A stretch of DNA of 64,000 bases from Callorhinchus milii (lineage: Eukaryota): NCBI RefSeq assembly GCF_018977255.1, contig NW_024704742.1:90026001-90090000 (forward strand). Direction: 5' to 3'. Shown in pieces: positions 49,640-62,822 of this stretch. A program made the translations under genes and the position numbers. Position 1 is the first letter of the stretch, and every line of letters begins with the position of its first letter. The notes beneath the pieces are model-generated. The model was not told the origin of the DNA. It saw only the letters and a list, made by a program, of their open reading frames with translations, and did not search any database.

Positions 49640-50180
49640 GCTCGAACTGAACTGGCTCCATGGTGACATGTTTGTCAGAATAGAACCCACCCGCTGTGCC
49701 CGACTCGGTCATTCAGTTCCTGAGCCAGGCAGGTCCGCAGCACACCACAGCACTGCCAATGGCAGCACAGCCAGCCTGGCTCATCAGCAGGATTTGAAAT
49801 GGCAGACCAGTCACTGTGGGCAGGACTCTTCCCACTCATCTCCATTAACCCTGTAAGCCAGATCCTGTCTGGACAAGCAGCGGGAAAGCTTGCCAGGCAG
49901 TGCTCTCAAAAGCAAGCTGTTTAGTTTTAGCTGGTTAGGCTCCAGCAGTGCCCCAACACACCATTTGGGGTCCACAAGCCTTGGCTCTTGCCAACCTGCA
50001 CCTAATACTTTCCAGAATGAGGTAAACAGGATGCATCCCTCCAGAGAGAGAGTGCACATTCCATTCCAATAAACATTTCTGAAATTTCCATATGTAGGTG
50101 GGATGCATGGAATTCTAAGTTTGGTTTGGATACTCAAGCATGATGATGCGTTTCCACATGTGTCAGACACCCGGCTTGAT
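49640..50180 (+). repeat. Family X repeat, near-complete copy
   Basis: GAACTGAACTGGCTCCATGGTGACATG...GTGTCAGACACCCGGCT. Confidence 0.9.
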
Positions 50181-50542
50181 GACATTGCCAGTTAAAATAG
50201 ATATCTTGTGGTGATTATTGTAAATATCTTGACTAATGTTGTTTAACTTTGCACCGCAATGACAAAGAAAAAAATAAACATAGATGTTCACAAGAGAAAT
50301 CTGACCTACAAACAAAGCGCTGCAAGTTTCTTTTGGTGAAATAGAGTATTCAGAATTAAAACCCCCAAATTTCTTTGATTCTACGATTTTTCCACACGGT
50401 TAAGGTTTTAAAAAAAAAATTGCTGGAATGCAATTATTTAGATGAACAAAAGGCAGACGTGCTCAGCACCAATCTGCACTGATTAAACAAACACTCAATA
50501 TCCATTTTCCATCTGCATGGTAATTCAGCTTGTGTGTCAACA

Positions 50543-50675
50543 AGGCTCACTTGGTGACACTCTCACCTCTGAGTCAAAACATTGTGAGTTCAAGTCCCAC
50601 ATCGGGACTTTGAGCTCACAGTCTAGGCTGACACTCCAAGTCACTGCTGGAAACATTGCAGTGTTGTAGGTGGCA
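50543..50675 (+). mobile_element. Deu-domain SINE 5' part
   Basis: GGCTCACTTGGTGACACTCTCACCTCTGAGTC...GTTCAAGTCCCAC...CTAGGCTGACACTCC. Confidence 0.75.
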
Positions 50676-53149
50676 AAAAGTCTACAGTGCAAATGTTTAC
50701 TTCATGATATAATATGCAATAATTCAGACATGCATGTTCATATCATATTGTGTTTGCCAGTGATCTGTAGCTGCTGAGTAGAAGGATTGGTTTGCAATGC
50801 CTTGCTCTCATGTCTGCCCAGATTTAAGGCTTCCGGGACATACAGATACACACTGTGGACCGTACAAATCTAACGCTCTGGCTGATCTCTGCTGGGGCAA
50901 CAGTTGAGGCTATAATTGTCCTCAGCACCTCTGAATTAGGAAGGGGAAAGGAAGACTGCAAGGCCTGGTGGGCATTGGAACAAGAAGTCTATAGTGTTGT
51001 GGGAGACCTCCAGAGGGGCAGATTTGTCCGTGCCAAATCCAGGTTGTTCAAAAAACCCATATAGGAACTTCAGTCCATTTGCAATTAAATGAAGCAATCA
51101 TACTCCAGACAGCTCAGTAATTCTAACTTTTGATTAATTTCTATTTTTCTAAAGCACAGGGGCCATGGCATTGAACTGTAGTTCCAAATGACTCTGTGCT
51201 AATAATGGGTTGTGCAGCTGCACCTTATTAAGAATAAGTAACTTCTCAATGCATTCAGCGAATATACCTGGCGCAGACTGTTTTACACACCACCCCTTCA
51301 TTACATCATCGCAGCAGAATTTACATAGTATGAACTCTCATATATTTTAGAAAAAAATAAAAAGGATATTTAATAATAATAATCCTTGCATTTGATACAG
51401 TGCCTTATCAGGTATTTGAGACATCAAAGTGCTTTACAGATTATACTGTAAAGTGAATTGACTCTATATTTTGTGGGTGAAATATAATATGTATATATAT
51501 ATATTTGGAGAGTACATTGGGAGTGAGGATCTACGCATTGAAACCACCTCAGACATCTGGCTTCTAACTCAATCGCCACCAATGGCTCAGTGGGTGAAAG
51601 TGCTCTAAGCTGAGGTCTTTATCCACATTGTACAGAAAGGTCCCAGCATGACTGCCTGCTCTGTAATTCTGTTCTTTCATCTTCAGTGGCAGCAGAGATC
51701 CTTCAATTATCCCCAGAACAAGGAGGCAAATAAAGGTATGGTGAGCGGTAGTGGTTTGGGAGGGGGAAGGCGAGAAAATGAGGCAAGGTTCCAGCATCTA
51801 CTCAATGAACTTTGCTTGGAAATGCATCCATGGTGATGATGATTTGGGATCAGGACATGATTGGGGTCAGTTGTGATGCCTGCCTTGGCTGTACAATCTG
51901 CCAACTATCTAGATTGACCTCTGGGGGATGGGTCGGGAAAGGAGGACGCTGAACACTTGGATAAGAGGGGCATCTGCTCTTGTTGGACTGTAGACTGGGT
52001 GAATCATTGCCTTCAGAATAGGAGAGAAAACTTGGTTTGGGTGGAGGGTGGTTGGGGGTGAAAAATCCCAATACAGAAATTTCAGAAGCATTTATTTTTC
52101 CAATCAGAACTTAGATAGTCAATAATAGAAGTGGAATTCCTGGAGTGAGAAAGACGTTTGGAAGTTCAGCTTCATCCCATTCGCAAGCGCCTCACATTTC
52201 CTGCTTTGGCATTAGTGCCTGATTCTACTGCTATTCATCCGCCATCCACAATTACCTGTCACGGTGCTAATGTGGGTTGTGTTTCACTTTTCAAAAACAT
52301 GAGCATCAAACATCTGGGCTCAATAAATTCCTCAAACTTGGCGGAATTTAATCTCAACCAAACAGACACAAGTGTAATTATATTTTCATCTTGTATCGAT
52401 CACTCCACACTTAAAATGTGTTCAACAAATCTGCATGCTATCTAGTGCTTCAAACAGAATGCTAAAGTTTCATTTAACTTGATGTGAATTATACAGCATT
52501 TTAGTGGTGCTGAGAGGATATTGAAGTGTGGACGTTCCTTCTATTTACTACCGCTTCATCTGTGCAGCATTAACAAACTTGCTAGCATACTCATGTATTT
52601 TCCTCAAACATAATTTGTTAAAGAAAAGAGTAAAACATGTTTTCCCTCATCACAGTAATAGCCATTCACAGGGAAATTGAGATAAAATGTCTATATTTAG
52701 TCCATTACTCCTTCTCACAGAAAATATGATGAAGATAATAATAATATAATACTAGCACTTGATATAGAGCCTTATCACTTCATTGAGATGTCTCAAAGAG
52801 CTCACAGAATATACTGTAAAATGAATTGGCTGTATATTTTGTGGGGGAACTCAGCAGTCAATTACGTTCAGCACTGTCGTCGATTCAGTGACCAAATTAT
52901 TATTTTCTTTCTACACTTATAATGTGAAATGTTTGTTGGTGTCAGTGAACAATATGTGTTATAGAACGGGGCAGTGAACTTCATTTCCCTGGTCTACAGC
53001 TGAAAACAACTTTCAAAGATATGTGACAAAGCTTTTGCCATTACTAAATTATTTATTCATGTTCTATATTGGGGTTATTTTTAAACTAAATTCTAACATT
53101 AATGATATTTCCTTTCATTTAATTTTGGCAAATCCCATTATATAGATAG

Positions 53150-53442
53150 TAGCATTTATAATTGATTTAGTTCCTTATCACATTGTTGGGACATCTCAAA
53201 GGACTCCACAAAATTTGCTGTGAAGTGTAGTGACTGTGTATTTGTATATGAATTCAGCAGCCAATTTGTGCACAGCAATGTCCCACAAAACGGCTATGAA
53301 GTGAATGACCAATTTTATCTGGTGGATTGATGACCAGGACACCAGGATCAACCCACTTCTCTTTTTGATTAGTACCTTGGGATCTTTATGTTCACCTGAA
53401 CAGGCACAGATGGGGAGCTCAATTTAATGTCTCATCTAAAGG
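53150..53442 (-). mobile_element. Deu-domain SINE 3' part (another diverged plus-strand piece at ~53530-53760)
   Basis: Minus strand TTTAGATGAGACATTAAA...CCTGTTCAGGTGAACATAAAGATCCC. Confidence 0.78.
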
Positions 53443-53784
53443 CTATAGTAAAAATATTGTTACTTTTCGTAATTAATGTGGGTTGGACCCCACAGAGTGG
53501 CTATTGTTGCACATCCTGCCTCTACTCGAAGGCAGTGACACTATTCAAAAAATCAAAGCAAGTTTCTTTGGGTGACGTGGCCAACAATCTCCTAGATAAA
53601 TCGGTCAATCATTTCATGACTGTTTGTGGGATAATGCCGTGCATAGGTTGGCAGCCGTATTTGCCTACAAGTACGCGGTCACTACACATTAGAGGAAATT
53701 CTGTGAACCACTTTGAGCCGTCTTGACATTTTTGTCCCTCTACCAAATGCAAGGATTTTTACATAACTATCATTCTATCCTTTA

Positions 53785-54010
53785 TCTGGAAACAAAAACA
53801 GAAGTCGCTGGGAACACTCAGCAGGTCAGGCAGAATCTATGGATAAAGGAAAGTGAGTCAACGTTTCGGGTCCACAAGCCTTCGTCAGAACAGAGGGTCT
53901 GGTGAAGGGTCGGGGACCCGAAACTTTGACTCAGTTTCCTTTCTCCATAGTGTTCCCAGCAACTTCTGTTTTTGTTTTCACATTTCCAACATCTGCAGTA
54001 TTTTGCATTT
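53785..54010. mobile_element. Inverted pair of Penelope-like pseudo-LTR units carrying hammerhead motifs
   Basis: Minus unit 53785-53891 and plus unit 53895-54010; flanked by CATT(C/T)TATCCTTTATCTGG direct repeats. Confidence 0.78.
53855..53891 (-). ncRNA. Minimal hammerhead-ribozyme-like motif
   Basis: GTT-CTGACGA-AGGCTTGTGGACCC-GAAA-CGTTGACTC: both conserved boxes, imperfect helix II, palindromic AACGTT at helix III. Confidence 0.55.
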
Positions 54011-54727
54011 TATCCTTTATCTGGGTTTGGTGGAATATATGATTCCCTACTTGTTGACAAATTTTAAAGTCTGTACATTTTCAGACAAGGGGAGAATAAC
54101 CCCCAAAGTATTTATACCCTAAAGCAGTCAATAAATCAAAATCTGAAAAAAATACCACAGTATTGTGGTCATGTTTGCAATCATTAAGCAGGAGGGTAAT
54201 TATATAAAATTACTGACTATAGCAGGCCATAATGGTAAAATGTTTCCTGAGGTTTACAGAATCGGCTGAGAGAATGTTACAATACCTGAAGCCAAAAGCT
54301 GACGATGTTGGGGGAAATCCCGAGGCTACTCCTTCAGCTGGATAGGGAACATTTAACAAGTTACAGACTACATGTCGTCAGTGTATACTGTACCTCTCCA
54401 CCTTACTGTTCTCCACTACAAGAGTAAATTGCAATGAACATTACATGCATCACTATATCAGCCACTAAAGAGATTTCAACCAAAAAATAAACATGTCTTA
54501 CATTCAGGAAACGTCTTTGCAAAGAATAAGCAGCAGCCCAACCTGGCAGAGAGTTCGGGGGGTGAAGGGGGAGGGGGGACGGGAGGAGGCCGAATGTATT
54601 GTCAATGAGATAGATCTTCAGACTGGTTTTGAGAGCAGTGAAGAAGAGGACAAGATGGAGGCAATTGAGCAGAGACCTCCAGTGGGCAGAGGCAAAGTCT
54701 TGCCTGCCAAAGGTGTGTTATAATGCC

Positions 54728-55153
54728 TGGTTCAGTCGGTAGCATTCTTGCCTCGGGATCAGAAGGTTGCGGATTTAAGTCCCATGTCATGACTTGGAAC
54801 TTATATAGTCAAGGTTTACAATCCAATGCAGTGCTGGGTTGGGGTGGGGGCTGCATTGTTGGAGGTACCATCCTTCAGATAAGATATTAAACTGGGGTCC
54901 TGTCTGCCTGTTCAGGTGAATGTCAAAAGAATCCATGGCACTATTCGGAGACAGAATGCAGTTTCTTCCGGTGTCCTGGCCAACAATCTCCCAAATAAAC
55001 TTGGCCATTCACTCTATGGTTGTTTATGGGACATTGTTATTCACATGACTGCCCACAAAAAACACAGTCACTGCACTTTGCGGTATATCCTGTGAAGAGC
55101 TTTGGGATGTCTTCCTGACATAGAAGGTGTTATACCAAATGTAAGGATTGTTG
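54728..55153 (+). mobile_element. Deu-domain SINE, full length
   Basis: TGGTTCAGTCGGTAGCATTCTTGCCTC...GGAGGTACCATCCTTCAGATAAGATATTAAACTGGGGTCC...CCATGGCACTATT...CCGGTGTCCTGGCCAAC...tail. Confidence 0.88.
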
Positions 55154-55276
55154 TGCTTTAGCATGGTCACCAGGTTTACGGTTAGGGGTGTCACATGAAT
55201 GTAACTTTCAGGAGCTTCACATGCCTGGCTCCAGGGGCCTGTAACTGGATTTCTGCTTCTCCTTCCCCACTCCACT

Positions 55277-55608
55277 TAGCAGGTTACGGCCTGCTCCATG
55301 TCCCCCGCCTGTCCCGCCCCACCATTGGTGGTCGGGCCTTCAGCCTCTCTGACCTTTGGAACTCCATCCCACATTCCCTTTGCCTCACTTCCTCCCTTGC
55401 CTCCTTCAAGGCACGCCTCAAGACCTTCCTCTTTGACCATGCCTTCGGCCATCTTCTTACCACTACCCTCCCTGCCGTCCACCGCCCTGATCCCAAACCC
55501 CCTCACCCCACCCTGCTTGGGTCCTAATCCCTGACTGTTCAATGCCTTGGGACATCCTCCCGATGCGAAAGCCAGTTTACAACGATAATTTTGTATTGTA
55601 TTGTATTT
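55277..55608 (+). mobile_element. L2 LINE 3' end
   Basis: LLHVPRLSRPTIGGRAFSLSDLWNSIPHSLCLTSSLASFKARLKTFLF; tail (ATTGT)n. Confidence 0.9.
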
Positions 55609-56379
55609 CCCTCCACCTATATTACTCCCTCTACGTCTAACTTGCTGGATTTATCCCCTCCCGAAAAAGGTTCATTTGAACTGGGATGTTATTGGGGACA
55701 AAAAATAGGGCGGTGTGATAAATATCACATCACACACTGCATTTACCCCCAATAAACTGTGGATTATAATAATAATACTTGCATTTGATATAGCGCCTTA
55801 TCACGTCTTCAAGACGTCTCAAAGATCTTCACAGAATATACTGTAAAGTAAACTGACTCTATATTTTGTGGGCGGTGCTGAAAACGTGAAAGAAAATAGG
55901 CTGCAGATGCATAGCAAATAAAGCAGCAACTGAGAGAGAAAGATAATCTGTCTTTTTAAATGTGATCCTTCATCAGGGGTTAGTTCACACTGCTGTAAGT
56001 AAGCAAGATCTATGCATTCAGCTTCCGACTGCTCTGAGTGACTGATGAGAGTTAATCGAGCGTGCACATGCTTAATAGTTTAAAGTTATTAGACAGCCAA
56101 CAGAACTATTAAGGGACCATTTCTGAGCAGAGGTTGAATTGATATTGCAACTTCATTTATTCTGCAGCAGTGAAATCAATGCCCTACCAAAGCTATCTCC
56201 TCAAGGTAGATTTGGCAGGCAGGATGGAGCACGAATAGCTTCACAATCATGTGGCTCAACTCCCCAACTTTATATTACAATCCACATTTTGCAGAGAATC
56301 TCTGCAGAAGCCAACAGTATCCCTCTCTCCAGTCCCGGTCCCTTCACAGTCATGGCCCACCCTACTTCTGTGACCTCCT

Positions 56380-56695
56380 CAAGCCTTACTGACCTGGCCA
56401 CCCCCTTTGCTTGACAGCTTGTTTCATGTCTCCCATCCTAATCATCCCACCATCAACAGGTGGGTCTTCAGTCTTTCTGCCCCCACTCTGTAGACCTCCA
56501 TCCCTGAGTCCCTCCGGTTTGCTCGTTCCCTCCCTCACCTTGTTCAAGGTTAGTCTCAAGACCTACCTCTTTGATCTGCTTTCGATCATCTTTTCCCTCC
56601 CCATCCACCTTGGCTCCCACCCCCAGCTCAGGTGCAACACCTTGTTTAGCACCTTGGGATATTCTCCCGAAAGATGTAAGTGTAATTTGCATTGG
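56380..56695 (+). mobile_element. Diverged L2 3' end
   Basis: TTCAAGGTTAGTCTCAAGACCTACCTCTTTGA...CCTTGGGATATTCTCCCGA. Confidence 0.7.
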
Positions 56696-57159
56696 TTTAG
56701 TATCAAACTGGACATCAGATGCTGATCCACTTGGAGTCGTTGAAGCAGGGTTTTGTGCTTAATGCGGGATCTTGTCAGCTGGACTGAATGCCCATAAATT
56801 TTGGCACAAGCACATTCAAATGCAGAGGCTGGACTACAGTAGCTGGGTCTCAGCCCAAATGTAACAGAATACTTTTCAAGAGATCACACCATGGGCACGA
56901 GTTTATCCAGGGAGTAAACCTGCTGGCAAGCAAAACTCCATTTCTCTGCTTGCATTAAAAGTTGGATGTAAACCACCCTATGTTTTTATGTATTGCAAGC
57001 ATCAAGTTATTGCAAGTTATTTGGCACTGCTGAGAAACTAATGGGAAGCAGTAAGAATTAATTCCAATTTACACAGTAAATATTTTAAGATATATTTTTA
57101 GTTTTGATCACATTTAAGACAGATTTCAGGCCATCAATGTGGCTGTCTCAGACTATCAT

Positions 57160-58378
57160 CAAAACCTACTGCTCCGCTCTCACCTCGGCCAAATTGTCCT
57201 TATATTCCAGGTTAATCCTGGAGGCAAAGGGCAACCTCAGTCTCCTGTTCTCCACCACCAACTGGCTCAGCCGCCCTCTCCACCACGCCTCACAGATTCC
57301 TCAGGGCTCTGTCCTCGGTCCCCTCCTCTTCACCATCTATATGCTCCCCCTTGGTGACATCATCCACAGACATGGGGTTAATTTCCACATGTATGCGGAT
57401 GACACCCAACTCTATCTCTCTGCCTCCACCCTCAACTCCAGGACTACTGGCATCCTGATCGACTGCCTGTCCGACATCAAGTCCTGGATGAGGGACAACT
57501 TTCTCCAGCTGAACGTCAGCAAGACTGAGGCCCTCCTGAGTGGCTCGCTCCAGCACCTCCGCACCTCAGGCACTGGCAGTATCAGCCTCCATGGCTGAAC
57601 ACTCAACCTCACTAAGCCAGTCAGGAACTTGGGTATCTTGTTTGACCCTGAACTGTCCTCTCTCCCCCACATCCGCACCATGACCAGTACTGTCTACCAC
57701 CACCTCTGCAACATTGCCAGATTCCACCCCTGCCTCACCCCTCAGGCTGCCGAAACCCTCACCCACGCATTCGTCACATCAAGGCTCGATTACGGGAACT
57801 CTCTCCTCATCGGCCTTCCCAACTCTTCCCTTCACAAGCTGCAGATCATCCAAAACTCTGCAGCTTGTGTACTGTTGTGCACCAGGCTCCGTGACTCCAT
57901 CACTCCCACCCTCGCTCGACTCTACTGGCTCCCCATCCCTCAGAGGATCGAATTCAAAATCCTCGTCCTCACTTTCAAGGCCATCGATGGCCTTGCACCC
58001 TCCTACCTCTCTGACCTGCTGACTGCCTATCAACTTGCCCGCTCCCTCCATTCAGCCAGCTCCAGCCTGCTCCATGTTTCCCGCCTGACTCGCCCTACCA
58101 TCGGTAGCTGAGCTTTCAGCCTCTCTGCCCCCACACTCTGGAACTCCATCCCACAGTCCCTTCATCTTGCTTTCTCCCTTGCCTCCTTCAAGGCGGGCCT
58201 CAAGACCCTCCTCTTTGATTGTGCCTTCCATCACCCTCCCACCTCTCTGCCTTCCCTCACCCCTACCCCACCCCTCCCCCATGCTCGTGTCCTGAGCCCT
58301 GACTGTCCAGCGCCTTGGAACGTCCTCCCGATGTGAAAGGTACTCTATAAATGTAATTTTGTTATTTTTGTTGTTGTA
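57160..58378 (+). mobile_element. L2 LINE, 5'-truncated and internally deleted, with the RT domain C-terminal half and 3' tail
   Basis: [22 protein letters not shown]...[11 protein letters not shown]...[15 protein letters not shown]; then HAFVTSRLDYGNSLL...LYWLPIPQRIEFKILVLTFKA; in-frame stops at ~57598 and ~58111. Confidence 0.95.
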
Positions 58379-59325
58379 ACGCTTTTTCATTGTCAATAGC
58401 AAAGATCAAACCATTCTATCCTGCCTTACCTGAATCACCACCACTATCCAGACTGTGGTAAATAGAGTGCTGCAGTATGAAGAGATCTCCCTGCCATTAT
58501 TTCAAGGAAAGTGTATTTTGCTCCCAGTTATCTTGCCTCAGAGTCCCTCCTCAACCACTGTCATATCAAAATGTTCCAATTCATTGGCTATTTATCTCAT
58601 TGTTGATTGTGGGATATTTCTGGTGCAGAATGGATGCTGTGTTTGCCAATAGAATGGCACTCATTGTGTTTCTAATTTTCATTCTGTAAAGCAGTTCAAA
58701 AGTTTTTTTTAACATGAAAGTGTAATATAGTGCAAATTGTTGATCATTATCCCTCCACACTGCTTGGATGCAAACCCTCCCTTCTCCAGAGCCTTGGGAC
58801 GTCCTCTTAATATGAAAGATGCTACATAAATGCAAATTGTTGTTGCTACTGAGAGAGCAGCTAAACCTGTTTTTTTATCCTTCTATTTCTATCCCTGAGA
58901 TACAGCGTAGGCTCCCGACTACCAGTGTTCAGTGGCTGCGCATGTAACATGTGGAGGGAAGAGTTGGGAAGTCCATTGAGCAGAAAGTTGGCATAATCAA
59001 GCTCAAAGGTGATAAAAGTTTGGATAACGGTTACAGTGGGGAGAGGAGTTTAGGGAGAGAAATTACCCCACAGTGGCCTGACATTTACAATCACTGCCAA
59101 ACCTCACAATTGGGTGTTTGTAACATCGCACCTAACTGCTGGCAGTGAGCCAGCCATGCCTTTTCAGTCCTATTTAAGTGGAGCTGTTCGGAAATACCTT
59201 TTATTGCAGCCTGACTGGTTATCACATTGTTTCAGTTGACTAGTTTGAAAAACAACAAGATATAATGGAATCCTATACTCAGAAGGATAAATAACAAAAG
59301 CTACATGTAGGAAAGGAGGAGGTTT

Positions 59326-59653
59326 TAATAATAATAATAATAATAATCCTTGCATTTGATATAGCGCTTTTCACGTCGGGAGGACGTCCCAAAGCACTTC
59401 ACAGAACACACTGTAAAGTGAATTGACTGTATATTTGTGGGCGAACGCGGCAGCCAATTGCGCACAGCAATGTCCCACAAACAGTCGTAGATTGAAAATG
59501 ACCAATTTATTATTGTTTTTGGTTTTGGAGGGATTATTATTAGGCTCTGTGTGGAGTAAGGAAACTTGCCCAAGGTTTCGCCCCCTGCCTGGAATTGAAC
59601 TCAGGTCTCTCACTTGCAAAGCGAGTGCTCTAACCACTGAGCTACAGGACTCC
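59326..59653 (-). mobile_element. Young tRNA-Ala-headed SINE, short subtype
   Basis: Near-identical to 28935-29256. Confidence 0.95.
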
Positions 59654-59974
59654 ACTGTTTTGGGGTAAGAAAGTGGAGCTATTCAACCATAACATCAGCT
59701 GCACTTCTCCTGGGTGTAAAAAGTGAAGGAGTCCATTGCACCAAATCATATATTTTAAGTAAAACAATAAAAACTAAAAAAAGGATGATAATAATTGTAA
59801 AATTCATAAATTACACAATAGAATTGTGAAAGCAATTTGAAGGGGGTTTGAAGAGTGAGATTCACAAATTGGCAAAGTGCCAGTGCTAATTGTGACTTCT
59901 GGATTATGGATCAGGCTGGTGATTTGCTATCGGGCTGTTTTTCTTGACCACAAAAAGATCTGAAAAGTCCTCTC

Positions 59975-60180
59975 TCTCGATACTTTCAAAGCCCCCTCAA
60001 GACTTATCTCTTCGACTTAGTCATCTTCCTCCTCCCAACCTTCTTCAACACCCAAGGATAGCCCACTCTCCTCCCTCCCCCCATCTCCCCTGACTCAGGT
60101 GCCTAGCCAGTGGTGCCAAATACTTTAAGATATCCCCCTGACATCACAGGAGATATATAAAAGTAAATTGTATTGTATGA
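59975..60180 (+). mobile_element. Diverged L2 3' end
   Basis: TTTCAAAGCCCCCTCAAGACTTATCTCTTCGAC...tail TTGTATTGTAT. Confidence 0.6.
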
Positions 60181-61293
60181 ATTGTTTGATATAAATCATA
60201 TTATATAAAGAGACAGAAAGCAAAACATTAGTTGCAAAATGTTCTTTGTCTCCACTGAGGTTAAGATACCAGCTTCTTTTTCACAACTAGTGCACAATTT
60301 TTGTCTGCAAAATACAGTCACCACATTTTTTAATGGATTCTGTGAAGCTCTTTGAAACATCCTCCCGACATGAAATAGATCAGATCAAATGCACAAATGA
60401 TTACTTCTGGTCCACAAACACCCAATTCTAGACTCCACTGCAAGGTTTTGCTTAATAAATCACTTGACAAATTTCTTGACAAAGAAATAACGAAGGAAGA
60501 TGGTGTAGGCATTTACATGCAGTGGGATAGTTCGGGTTAGAATACGCACCCATAGGATCTACATGTCTTTTTAAGGCTTTTTCTCGTCCGTCGAATTAGC
60601 TTGACAAGAGCCAGTCCGACTGCATTAGAAAGCAGCTCCCACACACCAGAGCACGACATGTAGACACGATGTAAACATGAGATAATGTGGCAGTAGGATT
60701 AACCTGATATGGAATCACAGACCTGGTGATTGACACATTCGTGTAAATTATGGCACTCTTGGCAGTTTCATTGCTAGTAGGGATACCACATTAAAACCCC
60801 TCTATTACGCCCATTTAATTGCACCAGACACATCATTGTGTTACTGCTTCAAAATCTTGTGTAGACGATTTCTGTTGAGATATTGCTGCACCTGGGGGCA
60901 GACAGTGAAACATTTGCTGTAATGTCTGCCCTGTATCTGAATACTTGGATAGCACACAACCTCAAATTCCTTAATTGTTCACATTATGAATCTTTCTATT
61001 TTACCCCTTAGGCTCAGAATTCTATCCAGTCTCTATTGTAAGACCATTTGGGCTAAAAATTGAGCATCACAGCAAACTGATTTTTAAATTTTTTTATTAT
61101 TAATAGAAAGAAACTCTAATAACTATCCCTTGGGATAAGTAGTCAACCCCACATAACTACTCACTCACTCAATATCCCGGCAATTTGAGTATTTTGTACT
61201 TTTGAGTTACTGTACTTTGGATAAATAGTCAACTCTGATAAGCAGTCGTTTGAGCTATTTCCCCTGAGATGACAAGTTATCAAAGTTTGACTG

Positions 61294-61690
61294 TAATAAT
61301 AATAATAATCTTTACATTTGGTATAGTGCCTTTCATATTGGGAGGGTATCTCAAAGTGCTTCACAAGATATACTGTAAAGGGGAGACACTGTGTATTTTG
61401 TAGGTGAATTGCAGCAGTCAATTTCCACACAACAATGTCCCATAAACAGCCATGAAGTGAATGACCAATTTTATTTGGGTAACTGTTGACCAGAAGAAAC
61501 TCCCTTTTTTTAAAGTATTCCTATGGAATCTTTAATGCCCATCTTAACAGACAGACAGGATCTTGGCTTAACGTCTTATCTAATCAACTGAACCTCCAAC
61601 AATTCAGCACACCCCAAGCACTGCACTGGAGTGTTAGCCTGGACTATGCGGTCAAAATTCCAACAATGGGATTGAAACCACAACCTTCTA
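61294..61690 (-). mobile_element. Deu-domain SINE
   Basis: Minus strand AGAAGGTTGTGGTTTCAATCCC...CCAGGCTAACACTCCAGTGCAGTG...AAAGATTCCAT...tail. Confidence 0.82.
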
Positions 61691-61809
61691 ACCTATTGGC
61701 TTTCTGCAATTCCTAAAAAATGGATTGACAACCAGAATGCTGGGATGATTTTCGTTTTGTTCACAAAAATAGCACCAGGAGAAAATCCCTGAGAAAATCC
61801 CTTTAGATT

Positions 61810-61938
61810 AGACGATAAACCAAGAAACGTTAACTCACTTTCATCCCTCCGTGGATGCTGCCTGACCTTCTGAGGGTTTCTAGTGAATTCTGTTTCTATT
61901 TCAGAATTCCAGCATCTGCAGTATTTTGCCTTTTGTTT
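61810..61938 (+). mobile_element. Penelope-like short unit (partner on the minus strand at 62135-62252)
   Basis: GAAACGTTAACTC...GATGCTGCCTGACC...TTCCAGCATCTGCAGTATTTTGCCTTTTG. Confidence 0.7.
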
Positions 61939-62400
61939 CAGGAGAAAACTTCTTTTCTTTTTCAAATGGTTATCATGAGATCTTTGTTATCCAGCTGAAG
62001 AACAGGCAGACAGGAACTCGGTATAATTTCCCATCGGAAAGACTGCACTAGTGACAATTCAATGATCTCACAGTAACTCACATCACTGGCATCAGTGGTA
62101 TCATGTGAGCCAAATTGGCATAGATTGTAGGCAAAAGGCAAAGTACTGCAGATGCTGAAAATCTGGTATAAACACAGAAATCGCTGGGAACATGCAGCTG
62201 GTCAGACAGCATCTATGGAGAGAGGAAAATCAGTTAACGTTTCAGGTCAATGACAGGTTATAGACAGTCTGTGCTTTCCTAAACATACTAAGAACCAGAT
62301 TGAGTCTGCCCAAACTTGTTTTGGGTTTCCCCTTACAGCAAGTAGAAACAAAACTTTCAGCCCAACAGTCTGGTCTAAATTTGAACCCAACTTGTAGCAT

Positions 62401-62767
62401 GGAGTCCTGTAGCTTAGTGGTTAGAGCACTTGCCTTGTAAGTAGGAGGATCTGAGTTTGATTCCTGGCCAGGGTGAAATGTTAGGCAAGTTTTCTTAGTG
62501 CCTCTGTTTACCTAGCAGTAAGTAGGAACCCGAAAGTAGAAACACAATTTTTAGTCGATTGGTGCATCATGTTTCTGGGGTAATAATCCCTTCAAAAATG
62601 TTTTTTAAAATAATATCAATTGGTCACTCAATCCATGTCTGTTTGTGGGATATTGCTGTGCACAATTGGCTGCAGTTAATTCAATTCACAATATATTCTG
62701 TGAAGCACTTTGAGATGTTTCGAAGACATGTTAAGACGCTCTATCAAATTCAAGAATTATTATTATT
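62401..62767 (+). mobile_element. tRNA-headed SINE, long (older) subtype
   Basis: GGAGTCCTGTAGCTTAGTGG...TGCCTCTGTTTACCTAGCAGTAAGTAGGAACCCG...GAGATGTTTCGAAGAC...(ATT)n. Confidence 0.9.
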
Positions 62768-62822
62768 AACTTCTTATTATAAAAGAGCAATGCTCCACTA
62801 AGCCCTAACATCACAACGTCTA

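Noticed and set aside
57104..58111. Active reverse transcriptase gene
   Set aside because: 5'-truncated, internally deleted L2 copy with in-frame stops
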